A DNA stretch of 64,000 nucleotides, from assembly GCF_964355755.1 (NCBI RefSeq), contig NC_092676.1, forward strand, positions 22,028,871-22,092,870, written 5' to 3'. Positions within the stretch are counted from its first letter, which is position 1. Each line of letters opens with the position of its first letter. A program made the translations under genes and the position numbers. Below the pieces are notes generated by a model. That model was not told where the DNA came from. It worked only from the letters and a program-made list of their open reading frames with translations, and ran no database searches. Shown piece after piece: positions 11,801 through 24,050 of this stretch. The DNA is from Antedon mediterranea (taxonomy: Eukaryota > Animalia > Echinodermata).

Positions 11801-14800
11801 CGTCCGTTCCGCGTTTTGTGTAAACGGTTATAAGAAATAAGATAAATTCTATATTTTTATTACCGTTACCGCTCGTCTGTGTAAATTGGCCTGGAGCTTT
11901 CATAGCAATGTTCAAATAAAATTAACATGTCATTGTCTTCTTTGTAACATTTAAGCTGGTTCAAGTTTTGTAAGTTCCGCACTGAACATGGACGATTGTT
12001 GGATAGAAATTAACCGATGTCGAAGAGACAGGTCATGTGATAACGCCCTCACCACATTTGAAATGGCTTGTTCATGTGACGTCAAACAGTATTTCGCATG
12101 CGTATCAGATGCACCAAAATGTCAAGAGGTAATCGTAACCATTACATATCCTAGAGAATGTAGATACATTATCAACTTACTTTATTTCTTTTTTGGGTAA
12201 ACACATATGTACCTCAAACCGTACTTTACCGGAGTATGTTCGACAAGTAGATCCTAATCATAATGTACACTAATTTTAAATTAAAATTAAATAAAACCGC
12301 TACATACGTTTACACAGTACTGTATTTGTCTAACTTACAATCAATGACGTTAAATGATGCGCAACTGTTGCGTGTTGTTTTAGTTGCATACGAAGCTTTC
12401 ATTTTACCACGCGCACCTCCAATACGAAAAGTATAAAAATCACTGTACGCATGCTTAGAAAAATATGAGCATGTGTATGACTTATTTACTTGAGAGCTAC
12501 GCAGAGTAGAAATTATACTGAACCAATTCTGTGGGCTACAATTAACTTGTATTTTTAATATTCCTGACAGGCAAGAGATGGATTAGATGCGTTTAATCTG
12601 GTGAATTGCGGCTGCCCGGAGACTATGAAACACAAGAAACGCTGTCAGTTTGTCTACGATAAGTTGTTTAACAATCCCTGTATTGATGGTAAATAAGCAA
12701 TCACATTATTTGTACTATTATAATAAAAGTATGACACCCTTTGGAAACCAGCAATGGGTCCCTAAAAACACAAAAGAACGCGACGCAAGAAAATCGAGTT
12801 GACCAATGAAAAGCACCGTTCGAATAATCCACCCCTCGTTGATTGGTCAAATTTAATTGCATTGCGCTTACGTCATATAGTAGTATCCCAAACGAGAGGG
12901 TTCTACTGTATGTCTATTTATCTGTTCTTTTAAATTCTGAAGTTTTTTAATATTTGATTTTTTTGTTATCACTAGTGAGCTGCCGGGAAAAGTACAATGT
13001 ACTTAACGAATATCATTAATGTATAGATTACACAAATATAACTAATGTAAACAACTATCTTATATGAATAAATCACAATTCTGTCTCGCCTAAAATTAGA
13101 CTGTCACATAGATGTTATACCCCTGTGAATTTCGCCCCTGGACCAAAATCCTAGATTAAATCTAAATCGCAAACGCCCACTCGTAATGAAAACTGTTACC
13201 ATAAATTATTTAGAGGATTACCATGGAACAGATTTTATTGTTTATAACAAATGTTGGAGGTGTTTAATGGCGCTTTTTTTCCAAACGGCATATTCGTAAT
13301 GATTTTCATAATCCTTTCAAACGATAAACGTCTACCCACACAATTAATATAGATATAAGTATATAGATCCTTCTCGAAAGAAGTAATGAAATCACAATAA
13401 ATCTTGAATATCTATGAATATAAACTTTTTTAGATAAATCAATATACAGGGATTCGTTCTCTTGTTGTGTTATTCAGTGATTATCCCTCTTATAAAGAGT
13501 TAAACATAATTATCTACGCAAACAAAGTTATAGCGTAATAAGAACGTATGTCAACTCCCTTTCATTAGATAGTTTGAGCAAATTAACGTATACTTATCCG
13601 TGTCTGAACCCTTATAGAGATACGGATAAATTTAATTCCATATTTGCGACCATTTACCGGATTCCCAGTGCTGTATCTGAGCATCAGACCGTTAGAGGGC
13701 AGATACTTCCTGTCCGACCCGAAAGTTCATTGTTTGTCTACAAAACATTGGCCTAAGACGACCTAGGTAATGTTTACGAGTTTCGCTTTCTGCGGGTGAA
13801 ACCAATTATTGCAGGCGACGATTGTACACGGCATAGTCCATGGGAGGTATTTTGTTATCCGACAAACTTTATAATATAGACATTCTATTTTGTTTCTGCT
13901 GGCAACACTCTTGTAATTTCTAGTTTAATAGATAGTCTTGTAAACAATTTTCAATTCTTTTACCACACTTTATAACTAGTGTAGCAATTTAATTTTCAAC
14001 AAATAAATAAAGTTTTAGAAACGTATCGACAATTTGTATCTTGAGCGGTATCGATATCGTACTTTTACACACAGACCTGTGGATAATGGAGGTTGCTCAA
14101 ACTACCAGTTAAAAAGTGGGGATCTAAGGCCGGACTTCAATAGACATGTTATAGGAATATGCACACTTTTTACCCCAAACCCCTTCATTAATGGTTACCA
14201 CATCTTTTTATTGCAGGTTGTCAATCTAACAATGTGCAATCAGACACGGCACTTAATGGTATGTTATTGCTGTTCGTAATTTTGGAAAATAGTAGATATT
14301 TGTAATTTGGAAATACTTTAATTTACTAATACTTCGAGGTTTTTTAGGTAAATTTATATTGTGAATTGTGAATTCGGAAAAAACGTTGTTTCTTTGCCGA
14401 CTTATAGCGCATAAAATGGTGTTTTTAGCTTGCTTTTTGAGTGCGACTCCGGTTGCATCAATGTCTTTTTTTTTATTAAAAATCGTATTGGCCTGTATCA
14501 CGTTATACATTACAGTGAAAAGAGTAATAAATGAAGATATGTAAATAAAATGGTTCAAACGGCCATGATCACATTAAAAATATAACTTGTAAGGCGAAGC
14601 CTTTAATGAGTTTAAAACAGTTCAAATGTAAATGGATGTACGCGAAAATGCCTGCAAGTACTTTGACCAATCAATACATTCGGATGATCAGTCTGTAGGT
14701 TGTGATTGGTCAAGCTTCATATTCTTATTGTATTCCCAATTGAAGAAAAGAGCCGAATATTGATATGGATCGCCAGTGGTGTACACAAATGTAAAATATT

Positions 14801-17800
14801 TATTGTTGTTTTACCTCATTCCAGCCAAGATGCTACCGTACCAAGACGCTATAAATAAATGTACAGAATCAGATGACGTTTGTCTTGATAGCTTAGTAGC
14901 GTTTTCTAGAGAATGTCACAACTGTTCACAGGCTGAGTGTCAGCAAGCAACGGGCGATTTCATCAGGCATGTAGATCCAATAATATCACACGCCGTACTG
15001 TTCAGTGACTGCAAAAGGGCTAAGAATGGTGACGGGTGTGTGGATACCACTTCTGAACGCGAGTGCGGCACGATTGTGTCGCCAGTGCCTAACTGTTTGG
15101 AACTTCCTATTCGATGTGGAGAAATTCTTGGATGCCAGTAAGTATAAACATACCGCCATTGGCAGAATCTGATAATTTAGGGATTTGAATTTAGAGAAAA
15201 AACCAAAAACTTACTATTTTATATGCTTCTCTTCTTCTTTCAGATCTTTTCATTCTCTTATTTCTCTTAGGAACAATTCCTTTTCTTTTGATAATTATTA
15301 CTGTAGTCTTCCTCTTTCTGGCAAAAAATATAATAATAAAGCATGAGGTAACTATAAAAAATTAAAATTCAACTTTTGTAAATATCTTTTAGGGTACAAT
15401 TTCAAAATTTCCAGAACCACTGCGATCCAAACAGATGCAATCAGGATGTTTACAGTTTGTGCCGGACCGCATACGCTGCTCTCTTTGAAACCCCGATTGC
15501 TATCAAATGTACGTGCGACCCAAACGCCGTGGACTTTTCAGAATGTCGAGTTTTTCAACGCCGTGTTTCAGAAAATAGTTGTGTTGGTAGGTGAAAAAAA
15601 AACAAAAATTAGGAAAATATAAATGAACTTTTCCTAATCTTTACTCGTTATTTTGTGTATTGTATTACATTGTCTACTTTTTCTCTGAAGCTTGTTTCTC
15701 ACTAGCTACGCAATATAACGCAACCTACGCAACGTAAGAAAATACCCTTTCAACCATGGTGTTTGCCTCCGCCTGCGTGAAATCAAACCTACGATGTTTG
15801 CATCACTATTGCGTCGTCGGTTCCCACTTGTATTTATGCAATACAGCACTTTGCGTCGATACGTCGCTGCGTTGAGTTCTAGTGGGAACCAAGCTTTAAG
15901 AAACATACTGCCTATTTTACCTTATTTCAATCAACATCCCTTTTATACCACATTACAGAATCGGCATGGTTTTTGTGCTATATTTAACTTTACTACTTAC
16001 TCCTCTCACGTGTGTAATTTAATAAAAGCATGTCATTCATTCTCATCAGTGACTTCCGGCATTTTCTCAACATGTTTCCTTAATCACATCTAATGTTTAT
16101 CTATTTTTGTAATTTCAGATAAATCAATTCTTTATTACCAGGATCCGACGTTGGAAGAACGTAGGGACTACGAAAGTACGTATTTACCCGTGTGAATATT
16201 GGAAAAACTATTTTTAAAATTTGATATTCCATTTTCCAGCAGTCAAATATTCGTAATTCAAAAAATAATATCATTTTTATCTATTTGATCATATCTTGTA
16301 TTGAATCAGGAATGTGCTTGGTTATAATAATACTAATATAATATCATCCATATGAAAAGTAAATTAGTAAAAATGCGAAGTAAATTTGACAAAAAAAATA
16401 GTGTTCAATGAAATTTAGATTGCGTCCTCTATATTCGTTTCCGAACACGAAATAGATTTTACTTTTATTTCTAACGAAAACAATAACTAACGTATTTATA
16501 CGTATTTTTGTTTTCGTTATCGTATTTGTAATGTTGCAAAACCTCTCGTTTTTGTTTTGGTCGTAGTATGTACGATAAGGCTTGGAAGTGAACCCAAGGC
16601 CCTACGTGTCAAGATTGGTACTTTTATTCGGGTAAGCTTTATTATCAATATGCTATACTTTAAAAATCTCTTTCTATGTCCAAACACATCTTTACTATAC
16701 GATTAATGTAGTATATTATGTGCAACCATTTACCATAAACTTCTTTGATAATGGTCACTACAGGTTCCAAATTCTGAGGGTGAATCTTCAATTTGCCAGT
16801 GTAGAGCTGACAGAAAACTCGGCTACTGCCATGCTATCCCTGCTGGCCAGAATTTGTCTTGTAAAGAAACGCCAAGCACAGTTTACAATGGTTTGTATTG
16901 TCGCATAATTACTGTTATTTTAAAGTAAAGAACCCTGTCTAAAGCGTGGTTCCGACTAGCGACGCAACGCAGCGAAGTTTTGACGCAAAGTGCTGTATTG
17001 CGTAATCACAAGTGGGAATCGACGACGAAACAGTGCTGCAAACATCGCATGTTTGATTTCATGCAGGCGGGGGAAAACACAATTATCGGAAGGGCATTTG
17101 TTTACATTGGTTGTGTAGGTTGCGTTATGTTGCGTCGTTAAGCTTGGTTCCCACTAGAACGTAACGCAGATTAGATTCTTTATTTATTTATTTGTTGTTA
17201 TTGTTTCTATGTTATAGAGAATGATTCAACACATAGAAATGGAATTTGTGCATGTATTTCTGGTGAATTTATATGCTCAAAACCTGAAAGTGAACTCAGC
17301 GACTATCAGTTAAACAGTAAGTAGTATAAAAAGAAACAAATGTTCCAAACACAGTCACAACAACAATCATTTCAAATGAAATGAAACCCATTTTTTCCAT
17401 TGAAATAACAACAAAGTTGTATCATTCCTATATTAGTTATTTTCATTCAATACGCAAAAGTTTGATTGATATGAAACTAAATAAAAAAAAACTGAGCGAA
17501 ATACTTGTAAAGTACAGGGCGACAGAGGGCATGGTCATTGAAAATAATGATAGCTCGAGATCTTATAACGTTTTGTGATGTCAGCATTTTATGCATTTTC
17601 CTGAAAATCAGTGGGAATGTTCTTTTGCTATACAGGATAAAAGAGAAAAATCAAGACAATTTAGTAAATCAAAGTTACCAAAAAGATTTTACACTTTCAG
17701 ATGGACAAACATACTTATTCATCGGATATAGTAGCAGTGAATTACAGTATGTTAGTGAGTTTATCGGGGAGCAGGTACCAGATGCCGTGTTTCATAAACA

Positions 17801-19122
17801 GTTGCAACAACTATTGGATAATGAGACCAAAGTCTCTTCTAAGGTATTTATGCAACTTACAAGTTCCGTATTTAAATTTGACCAGTGTCTACACACATTC
17901 CTCATCTCACATGAGAACATATACCCTAACCTAACCCTTAAAGCGTGGTTTTCACTAGCGACGCAACGTAACGCAACGCTACGACGTATTGACGCAAAGT
18001 GTTATATTGTGGGAACCGAAGACTCAGTAGTGCTGCAAACATCGCAGGTTTGATTTCACGAAAGCGGGAGCAAACACAATTACTGGAAGGACATTTTCTT
18101 ACGTTGCGTAGATTCCGTTACGTTGCGTCGCTAGTGCGAACCAAGCTTTACTGGCACCACATATTATACACAGGATATTCCGTATTATGTAATATGCCTA
18201 TTATGGTAATTTCTTGGTTGGTTCTACTTACATTAAAGACACTGTAAATACATGTACCGTTTTATTTCAATTCAACGGGTAGATCCTACCCGTATAATAG
18301 ATTCTATTTGTTGGAGATAATGGTCGGGTGACCGTATTCACCAATCGCATTTACGATACTTTACTTAAGATGAAATGTAATAGGCCCATTTCCTCAATTT
18401 CACCAAAGAATATTTGAATGATAGAGTACTCTTTAGCGTATGTATATGACTCAACATGTTTAACCACACATTCCGACCTTTGAATCAATTTCATTAGAAT
18501 ACATATTTAGTGTATCAATTCATCATTAATAATATATATGATTTTATTTAGTGTACGTTGGTTCTAATTCCAATAACGACCAGAGGAAACCTACTGTTCA
18601 GGTCAGTAGAAGAGGAAAGTGACCCTAACCAGGTACGTCAGCTTTAAACGTGGTGAGGACGATGACGCAAAGATGATTTTAAATTAGATGATGATTTAGT
18701 AATAAGATAATTCCCCTGGTAGACCTAACTACTGTATAATGTTTGGTCTCAAGGACGTAAGGACACCTCAAGCAATGTGGCCAGTCATCGGCTAGTGATA
18801 AACAAAGCTCGTCCACAAAGTTGTGTTTTTTCAACAACATTTATGGAAATAACTTCTCATAAATATACTATATTCTTTTCAGACATCAGTTACCTGTATA
18901 GGGTCTATGATGCACTTGGCTAGTATGATAAACGGCAGGAATATGCCACTGGTCACCAGTCCAGTACTGTCTGTACTGAAAATAGCCAGCGTTGACTACC
19001 TTGACACCAACAGTAACAATCCTCAACGACTAAGCCGATCGTCAGGTACTAATCAGCATCTACCTCACTGTCTTTCATGGTTGATAGTGTTAGCCTCGTT
19101 AGTATTTCTAGATTGCTTTTAA
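5885..19122 (+). CDS. GFRalpha-like (GDNF family receptor alpha/GAS1-type domains) GPI-anchored protein with RECK-like C-terminal modules; 18 coding exons, ~729 aa
   Basis: Phase-consistent GT-AG exons: 5885-5891, 7794-7931, 8692-8853, 9519-9584, 10401-10475, 10856-10945, 11956-12128, 12571-12688, 14217-14258, 14825-15137, 15393-15586, 16119-16175, 16567-16631, 16764-16890, 17218-17316, 17701-17843, 18552-18632, 18883-19122 (2190 nt, open). Signal peptide MVASGVLLMLVTLVKS. Four Cys-rich repeats of type C-x6/7-C-x5-C...CxC...C...(N/H)(P/S)C, e.g. CRTAYAALFETPIAIKCTC...ENSCV and NCGCPETMKHKKRCQFVYDKLFNNPCID. Hydrophobic GPI-type C-terminus. The small exons 1 and 9 are the least certain. Confidence 0.85.
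10062..10200 (-). mobile_element. Penelope-like element pseudo-LTR remnant
   Basis: The - strand reads CTCCTGAGGACGATCAGAGAATATTGATCGAAACGTCGAG...TTCGCCATGCAAACCTTCAAACA, a pattern typical of PLE ends. Confidence 0.65.
10149..10198 (-). ncRNA. Minimal type I hammerhead ribozyme (Penelope-associated)
   Basis: CUGAGGA-(C)-GAUCA/UGAUC stem II-GAAA-C-GUC with palindromic helix III (ACGU). Stem I is CUC/GAG, or alternatively UUUCUC/GAGAAA. Confidence 0.65.
11380..11892. mobile_element. MITE with an internal 47-bp tandem array (~8 copies, 11417-11799)
   Basis: Imperfect TIRs (...GCGAGTGGTAACGGTAA and TTACCGTTACCGCTCGT...). Unit GAACCGCGTAGCTTGTCCCACGTAGAATCTGTGTCTATC(A/C)TGAGCGG. Confidence 0.88.
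15688..15896. mobile_element. MITE family A, ~205-bp subfamily
   Basis: AAGCTTG...CTAGTGGGAACCAAGCTT; core shared with the 16942, 17941 and 19762 copies. Confidence 0.85.
16942..17168. mobile_element. MITE family A copy plus the start of a second copy
   Basis: AAGCGTGGTTCCGACTAG start; a second AAGCTTGGTTCCCACTAG begins at ~17140. Confidence 0.8.
17941..18148. mobile_element. MITE family A copy
   Basis: TA|AAGCGTGGTTTTCACTAG...CTAGTGCGAACCAAGCTT|TA. Confidence 0.85.
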
Positions 19123-19761
19123 TCAAATAGAAACACCATTCCATTGTAAATATCACTGCTATTTCTATAAGTATTATCAACGATAATAATTTATATATAA
19201 GCTTTACCACGCAAAAATGGTAGGTTAAATCTGTTCAAGGAGTCTCAGAATTATCAAATTGTTTAGCAAAAAAAAACATTTTTAATTTCTTTTAAGTTAA
19301 TATTGTTTTCAAAATACAATAAATAGTCTATGTGTGCACATTTAATTTAAAAGAATAAAAAAACACTGGTTAGATTTAAAAAAACAATACTGAATTGCGC
19401 AAATAGATAAATGCCAACCTAGTACTTCTATCATGGCAACAATTAGTGCTGTTAATAGTCCCATTATACAAATTGGTATAATCTGATGTATTTTTCTTAT
19501 ACTTTATTGTTGGGTGTGTGCAGAAAACGTGTATGTCTGTTATAATTGTACATCGTCAGTAACTTATCACCATCAAATATGATTTGTTGTAACATTGTAT
19601 TTAGTTCATTTCATTCGTTCAAAGCTGGCTGCGGCAGTGGTTAGGACACTTAACTGCTACATACGATAAGAACATCTTCCAGCTGTAAATGTTTACCTCT
19701 AATATTGGAAAATACTAGGGCGGATACGCGGCGAGGAATTGGACTTGAACCCCACGACATA

Positions 19762-19963
19762 AAGCTTGGTTCCCACTTGCGACGACACGTAACGCAACAT
19801 AAGCAAATTCCCTTCCAATAATTGTGCTTGCCTTCGCCTGCGTGAAATCAAACCTGCGATATTGACAGCACTATTGCGTCGTCGGTTCCCACTATTGGGA
19901 TTACGCAATACATCACTTTGCGTCAATACGTCACTGCGTTGCGTTCTAGTGGGAACCACGCTT
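19762..19963. mobile_element. MITE family A copy
   Basis: TA|AAGCTTGGTTCCCAC...GTGGGAACCACGCTT|TA. Confidence 0.85.
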
Positions 19964-22007
19964 TACCTACAATAAACTGGCTTCTGAACAGGGAAGGTCT
20001 AACAGCTATTTTCCTTACGTTCAGAATACGGGACTCATCTTACCTTAATTCATATATGTTTAAATGTAGAATGTTGAAATCAACTATTTATCGCATAAGC
20101 ATTACCTGTTTAAATAGTGTACAGTATGTATTATTGACCACTAGATAAGTATAATAGTACTACTTACTGCAGTTTATAATATTAGATAATATAAATTATA
20201 TTGTATTTTAAAATTAATTAAAAAATGAGGTAGCATTATAGATAGTTCTAGATCTAGATTTGTACTATTTTATATATCAGTCGCAACTCGCAGCAAATAG
20301 TTTCCGAAATTATATTTTTGTATCAAAAGAATATGTAAATATTGATAATAATGTATAATTAGAATTATGTGTACAGCCAGATTAAAAATAAAGTGTATAT
20401 ATGTTGTGCAGTTTTTGAGGGAACAGGAATCATCGTTTAACAATGTATATATTGATGAAATACAGGAAAATATTTATAGTAACAGTACAGAAGTTTCGTT
20501 GTCGGCGGCAAATTACAAAATGCATCAATCGACTACGCAGATATTACGGACTTTTGGATTTGAGTGGGCTTGTACTACGTTCACATGGGTGGTAGTCGAC
20601 CGGTACTAATTCACGACAATATGATGAAAGTTTCGATTGAAGTTGACATTTATTTTGATACGCGAGTGAACGTATTACGTAAACACCTTTGTAATTTGGT
20701 GCGCGTGGGGCTAATCCACTGGGCCGGTGGTACGCGAATATGTAGTCGTACTTACACCGGGCTATTTTGCTTAGCCTAATCCTAAATCCCCTTTTATGAA
20801 GGGTGACTGAGTCAGAGAGCGATCATGGTAAAATACAACTAAACAGGTTACTGTCACTTCATGAGCGTGCGCAGAATGAGTTTGAGACTGGTTTTTTTTT
20901 ATTTTGTATCTATTATGTTGTGTTTATATGTTTTTTATGTAAAAGGGTCCTGCGAAAACAGAAGTGTAAACTTCTCTATGCAGGATCCTTGCCATCATTT
21001 ATGCTATGAAACTGTATTTATAAACGATGAGTAAATAAATGTGAATTGAATGAATAAATGAATGAATGAGACTCGAAAGGCGCGTAGTAGTGGTCAGGTT
21101 AAATGCAACATGTTATCGTATCAATTCGCGGTTATACAATGGCCGTTATAAACACGTTCCTGTTTTTCGGCCCTTCTTTCTTTCTCCAGCCATTAATTAA
21201 GCAGCTTTCGATATGCTAGGACCTATTGGAGTTGTTTTTCAATTGTTGCCAATTTGCTGGACCCAATTTGCCGTTTCTAGATACAGATGACAACATTCTG
21301 ATATACATGCGCATTTTAACCAATTTTGGACAAAATGACGTAATACATATAAATATAATATATAAATATTCATAGGTCGCCCCAAATCGAAACTTTTTTT
21401 TTTTTTATTTTCTGTATTTCATAAAACAGTATACATTATTTAACTTGGTTACATTACAAAGTAATACAAAATAATATTATTTTGCAAATCGAAACTTGGC
21501 ATTGCATGTTCTCATACATCCGCTTTGTGTTCTTATAATTCAGAATAACGTAAAGCATTGAATATTTTATGCTTGCCGTAACGTGGGAACGTATATATGC
21601 AAAGATGTCATTATGTATGCACGAATTGTATGTAGACTCCATACTTACTATTTCTTTTTTTTAAATATCACCGAGTATTCATAAATTTTTAAACAAATAT
21701 CTATTGGTTTCAAATTACGATTATCATATAATTATGCCTACACACATAGCGGTCTTAGATATTATAATTCACAGTTTGTGTTACAATAATGCATGTGGTC
21801 CCATTTTCGATGTTGCTATTTAAGTTTGGTTCCCACTTGGTCGCAACGCAATGATCCGCAAGTAATTTGACCAATCACGTCGCTTTTGATTGGCACCTCA
21901 CCTGCGTTGCGCCTATGACGTTTCGTTGCGTCCAAGTTGAAACCATTAAACTTCAGTGTAGATTATTAGGCATGTTTTGCATTTAGGTATTAAATTCTAA
22001 ATATCTA

Positions 22008-22158
22008 TCTACTCTATCAAACTAGTCTGACAAAAAAAAGTATGATGTGCCCAAATATGGTAGGGATATGCCCAAACATGGTAGTGATTTGACATCATCA
22101 TGTCTATATATGGGAACGTCACTTTTTTTACATAAAGTTTGATAGTGTAGACAGAGCT
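22008..22158. mobile_element. MITE family B (CTGTCTACACTATCAAACT TIRs)
   Basis: Ends AGTTTGATAGTGTAGACAGAGCT. Relatives at ~25195-25329, 49933-50097, 61882-62037 and 62250-62353. Confidence 0.8.
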
Positions 22159-23064
22159 TAAGACATAGTTTGCTCTCTTTACTATTAATTTTTCTTTTAT
22201 TTTCTTCTTGCTACGTTCTTTCATTTGTGACTGTGGTATGGACATAAATAGACTCTCGAGAAATATGGCTTCGGATTCGTATGAAAGCACTCTTCTCTTC
22301 TAGTCTTTAACAATAAAGCTGCTGACCTACCTTTCCTTTAAATAAATTTGTGAAAGAATTTAATTAGTCTGAATGATGTTAATAGCTTAGTTTTTAGAGA
22401 TTCTAAAGTAAGGTAAGCATGGTTTTGGATTCTCTAAACTGAAGCGTTTCGGTGGCTAATAAACACATAAAACTTTATTTTAGCATGTTAAGTATGATGT
22501 ACACAATATAAATTTATACGGTACAAATAATATTGTATGAGAAAATGTCAAGATACCACCTAGATTAACTACCTTCTTGTTGGGTAAAATGTTTTGCTAG
22601 ATCGTTTAAATAATGAAGAAAAAAAAACCCAAAAATGGTTTGTTCTTCTAAATGTATTAATCCGTATATTACGGCAAGATTTTAAATATAATTCAATGTC
22701 AGTTTAAAAATATGCTTATGAGTAAAATTTGGATAATCTTTTTCATGAGATGACAATATAGTATTATCTTGTACCGAAAGAAAATATTTAATCATATTAT
22801 TAATGTAAAGAACTTGATAAAAGAAATACTGAAATGAGACTCATCAATGTATTATAATGAATAAATGTCTTGAAATAAAGTGGTGCACATGCCTCTTAAA
22901 ACATAAAGCAAACTTGTCTGTCATTTTTTTAAAGGGGGGGGGGGGGTTGTTTGTGAGTTATACTTCGGTTATGCAACACACTAGTAAGTTGACTTTGTTG
23001 TACAACTCTATCAAGTACTGATGGTATCTTCCGACCTCTTCGTTTACTTTGTGTTGTGTGAAAT

Positions 23065-23716
23065 AAGGTATAACACTACAATATTCTGTTTGTCCAAATT
23101 GTGTAAAAATTGTCCAAAGGGTTCTGAGATTTTATAAGTGTGCATATACTATATTTTGCATTATAACAAATATTTCTTTAAGAATATTTTTATTAAAATG
23201 GTTCCATAATGATTCCGAAACGTCGATCTTCTTGTTTTTTGTCATTCAATTTTATTGTAAAGTTATATTTTTATTGTAAATGAATTCCTTTCTACAGTAG
23301 TTTCGCGAAGGAACTGTTGACCTCATGACCCTGTACTTCCATCATTGCAAAATTTATGAAACCAACTTACAAGAACCTGTGCTCGATGTATCTGCCTCTT
23401 GTTATTGATGTGCCTTCTGGGAAATGGGTTTAATTCATGAAAAGCAATCTAAGATAAACAGATTAATACAATTTATTCATTCATTAGTGTAGTAGTCAAC
23501 CTTCCCATTTACAGTATACACCCCTTGGTCTGAAAGCAGTTCGTAAATGATAAGTTTTAAAGACTCAAAACCCTATATTATCAATACCAGAAGCATTAAA
23601 ATAAAATAATTTTATTTCAATATACTGTAACTCAACTATTGTATAATATTGTTTACTTAAAATACTGGGGTCTTTTTTCACAAAAACAATAACTTAAAAA
23701 ATAAATGTTTGAACAA
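23065..23716 (-). pseudogene. Transposed duplicate of a TBC1D2-like gene fragment (penultimate exon at 23371-23448 plus flanking intron)
   Basis: Direct repeat of 44919-45492 with high identity; both splice sites retained. Confidence 0.92.
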
Positions 23717-24050
23717 CAATCCCTGCAGAGATTAGGTGAACTCTGTCTCCATGACTATTTAGGTAAATTCTCCAAAGGTTTCTTATTCTTTGTATTCCAA
23801 TTAAGTTGTCACTGTTCATTTGTTTGCACAGTGCAAAATAGATCTTTTCTTCTGTTATAAAGCTTTCTTTATCCTTGCATACGTCGTCGTTTTTGAAAAA
23901 GATCGGCTTCACGCTGGATAGGTTTGGTTTTCCTTCATTCTCTGTTACGTAGGCCTAATTCTCTTTGTTCCAACAACACCTTTTGCTACTTCATCCATTG
24001 TATTCGTAGGCCTACTTGATTGATTTAGTATAAATGTTACTCGCCATTAC
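23711..24050 (-). mobile_element. Truncated non-LTR retrotransposon ORF1 fragment (L1/Tx1-like)
   Basis: KPIFFKNDDV...LIGIQRIRNLWRIYL resembles the N-terminus of Tx1-type ORF1 (from memory). It is cut off at the duplication junction. Confidence 0.5.

Noticed and set aside
13574-13770. Possible extra exon of the GFRalpha-like gene
   Set aside because: The candidate acceptors I tried run into stop codons before the donor, and the model is phase-consistent without it.
17538-18247. 171-aa and overlapping ORFs as standalone genes
   Set aside because: Only 17701-17843 is a real exon; the rest is intron and MITE read-through.
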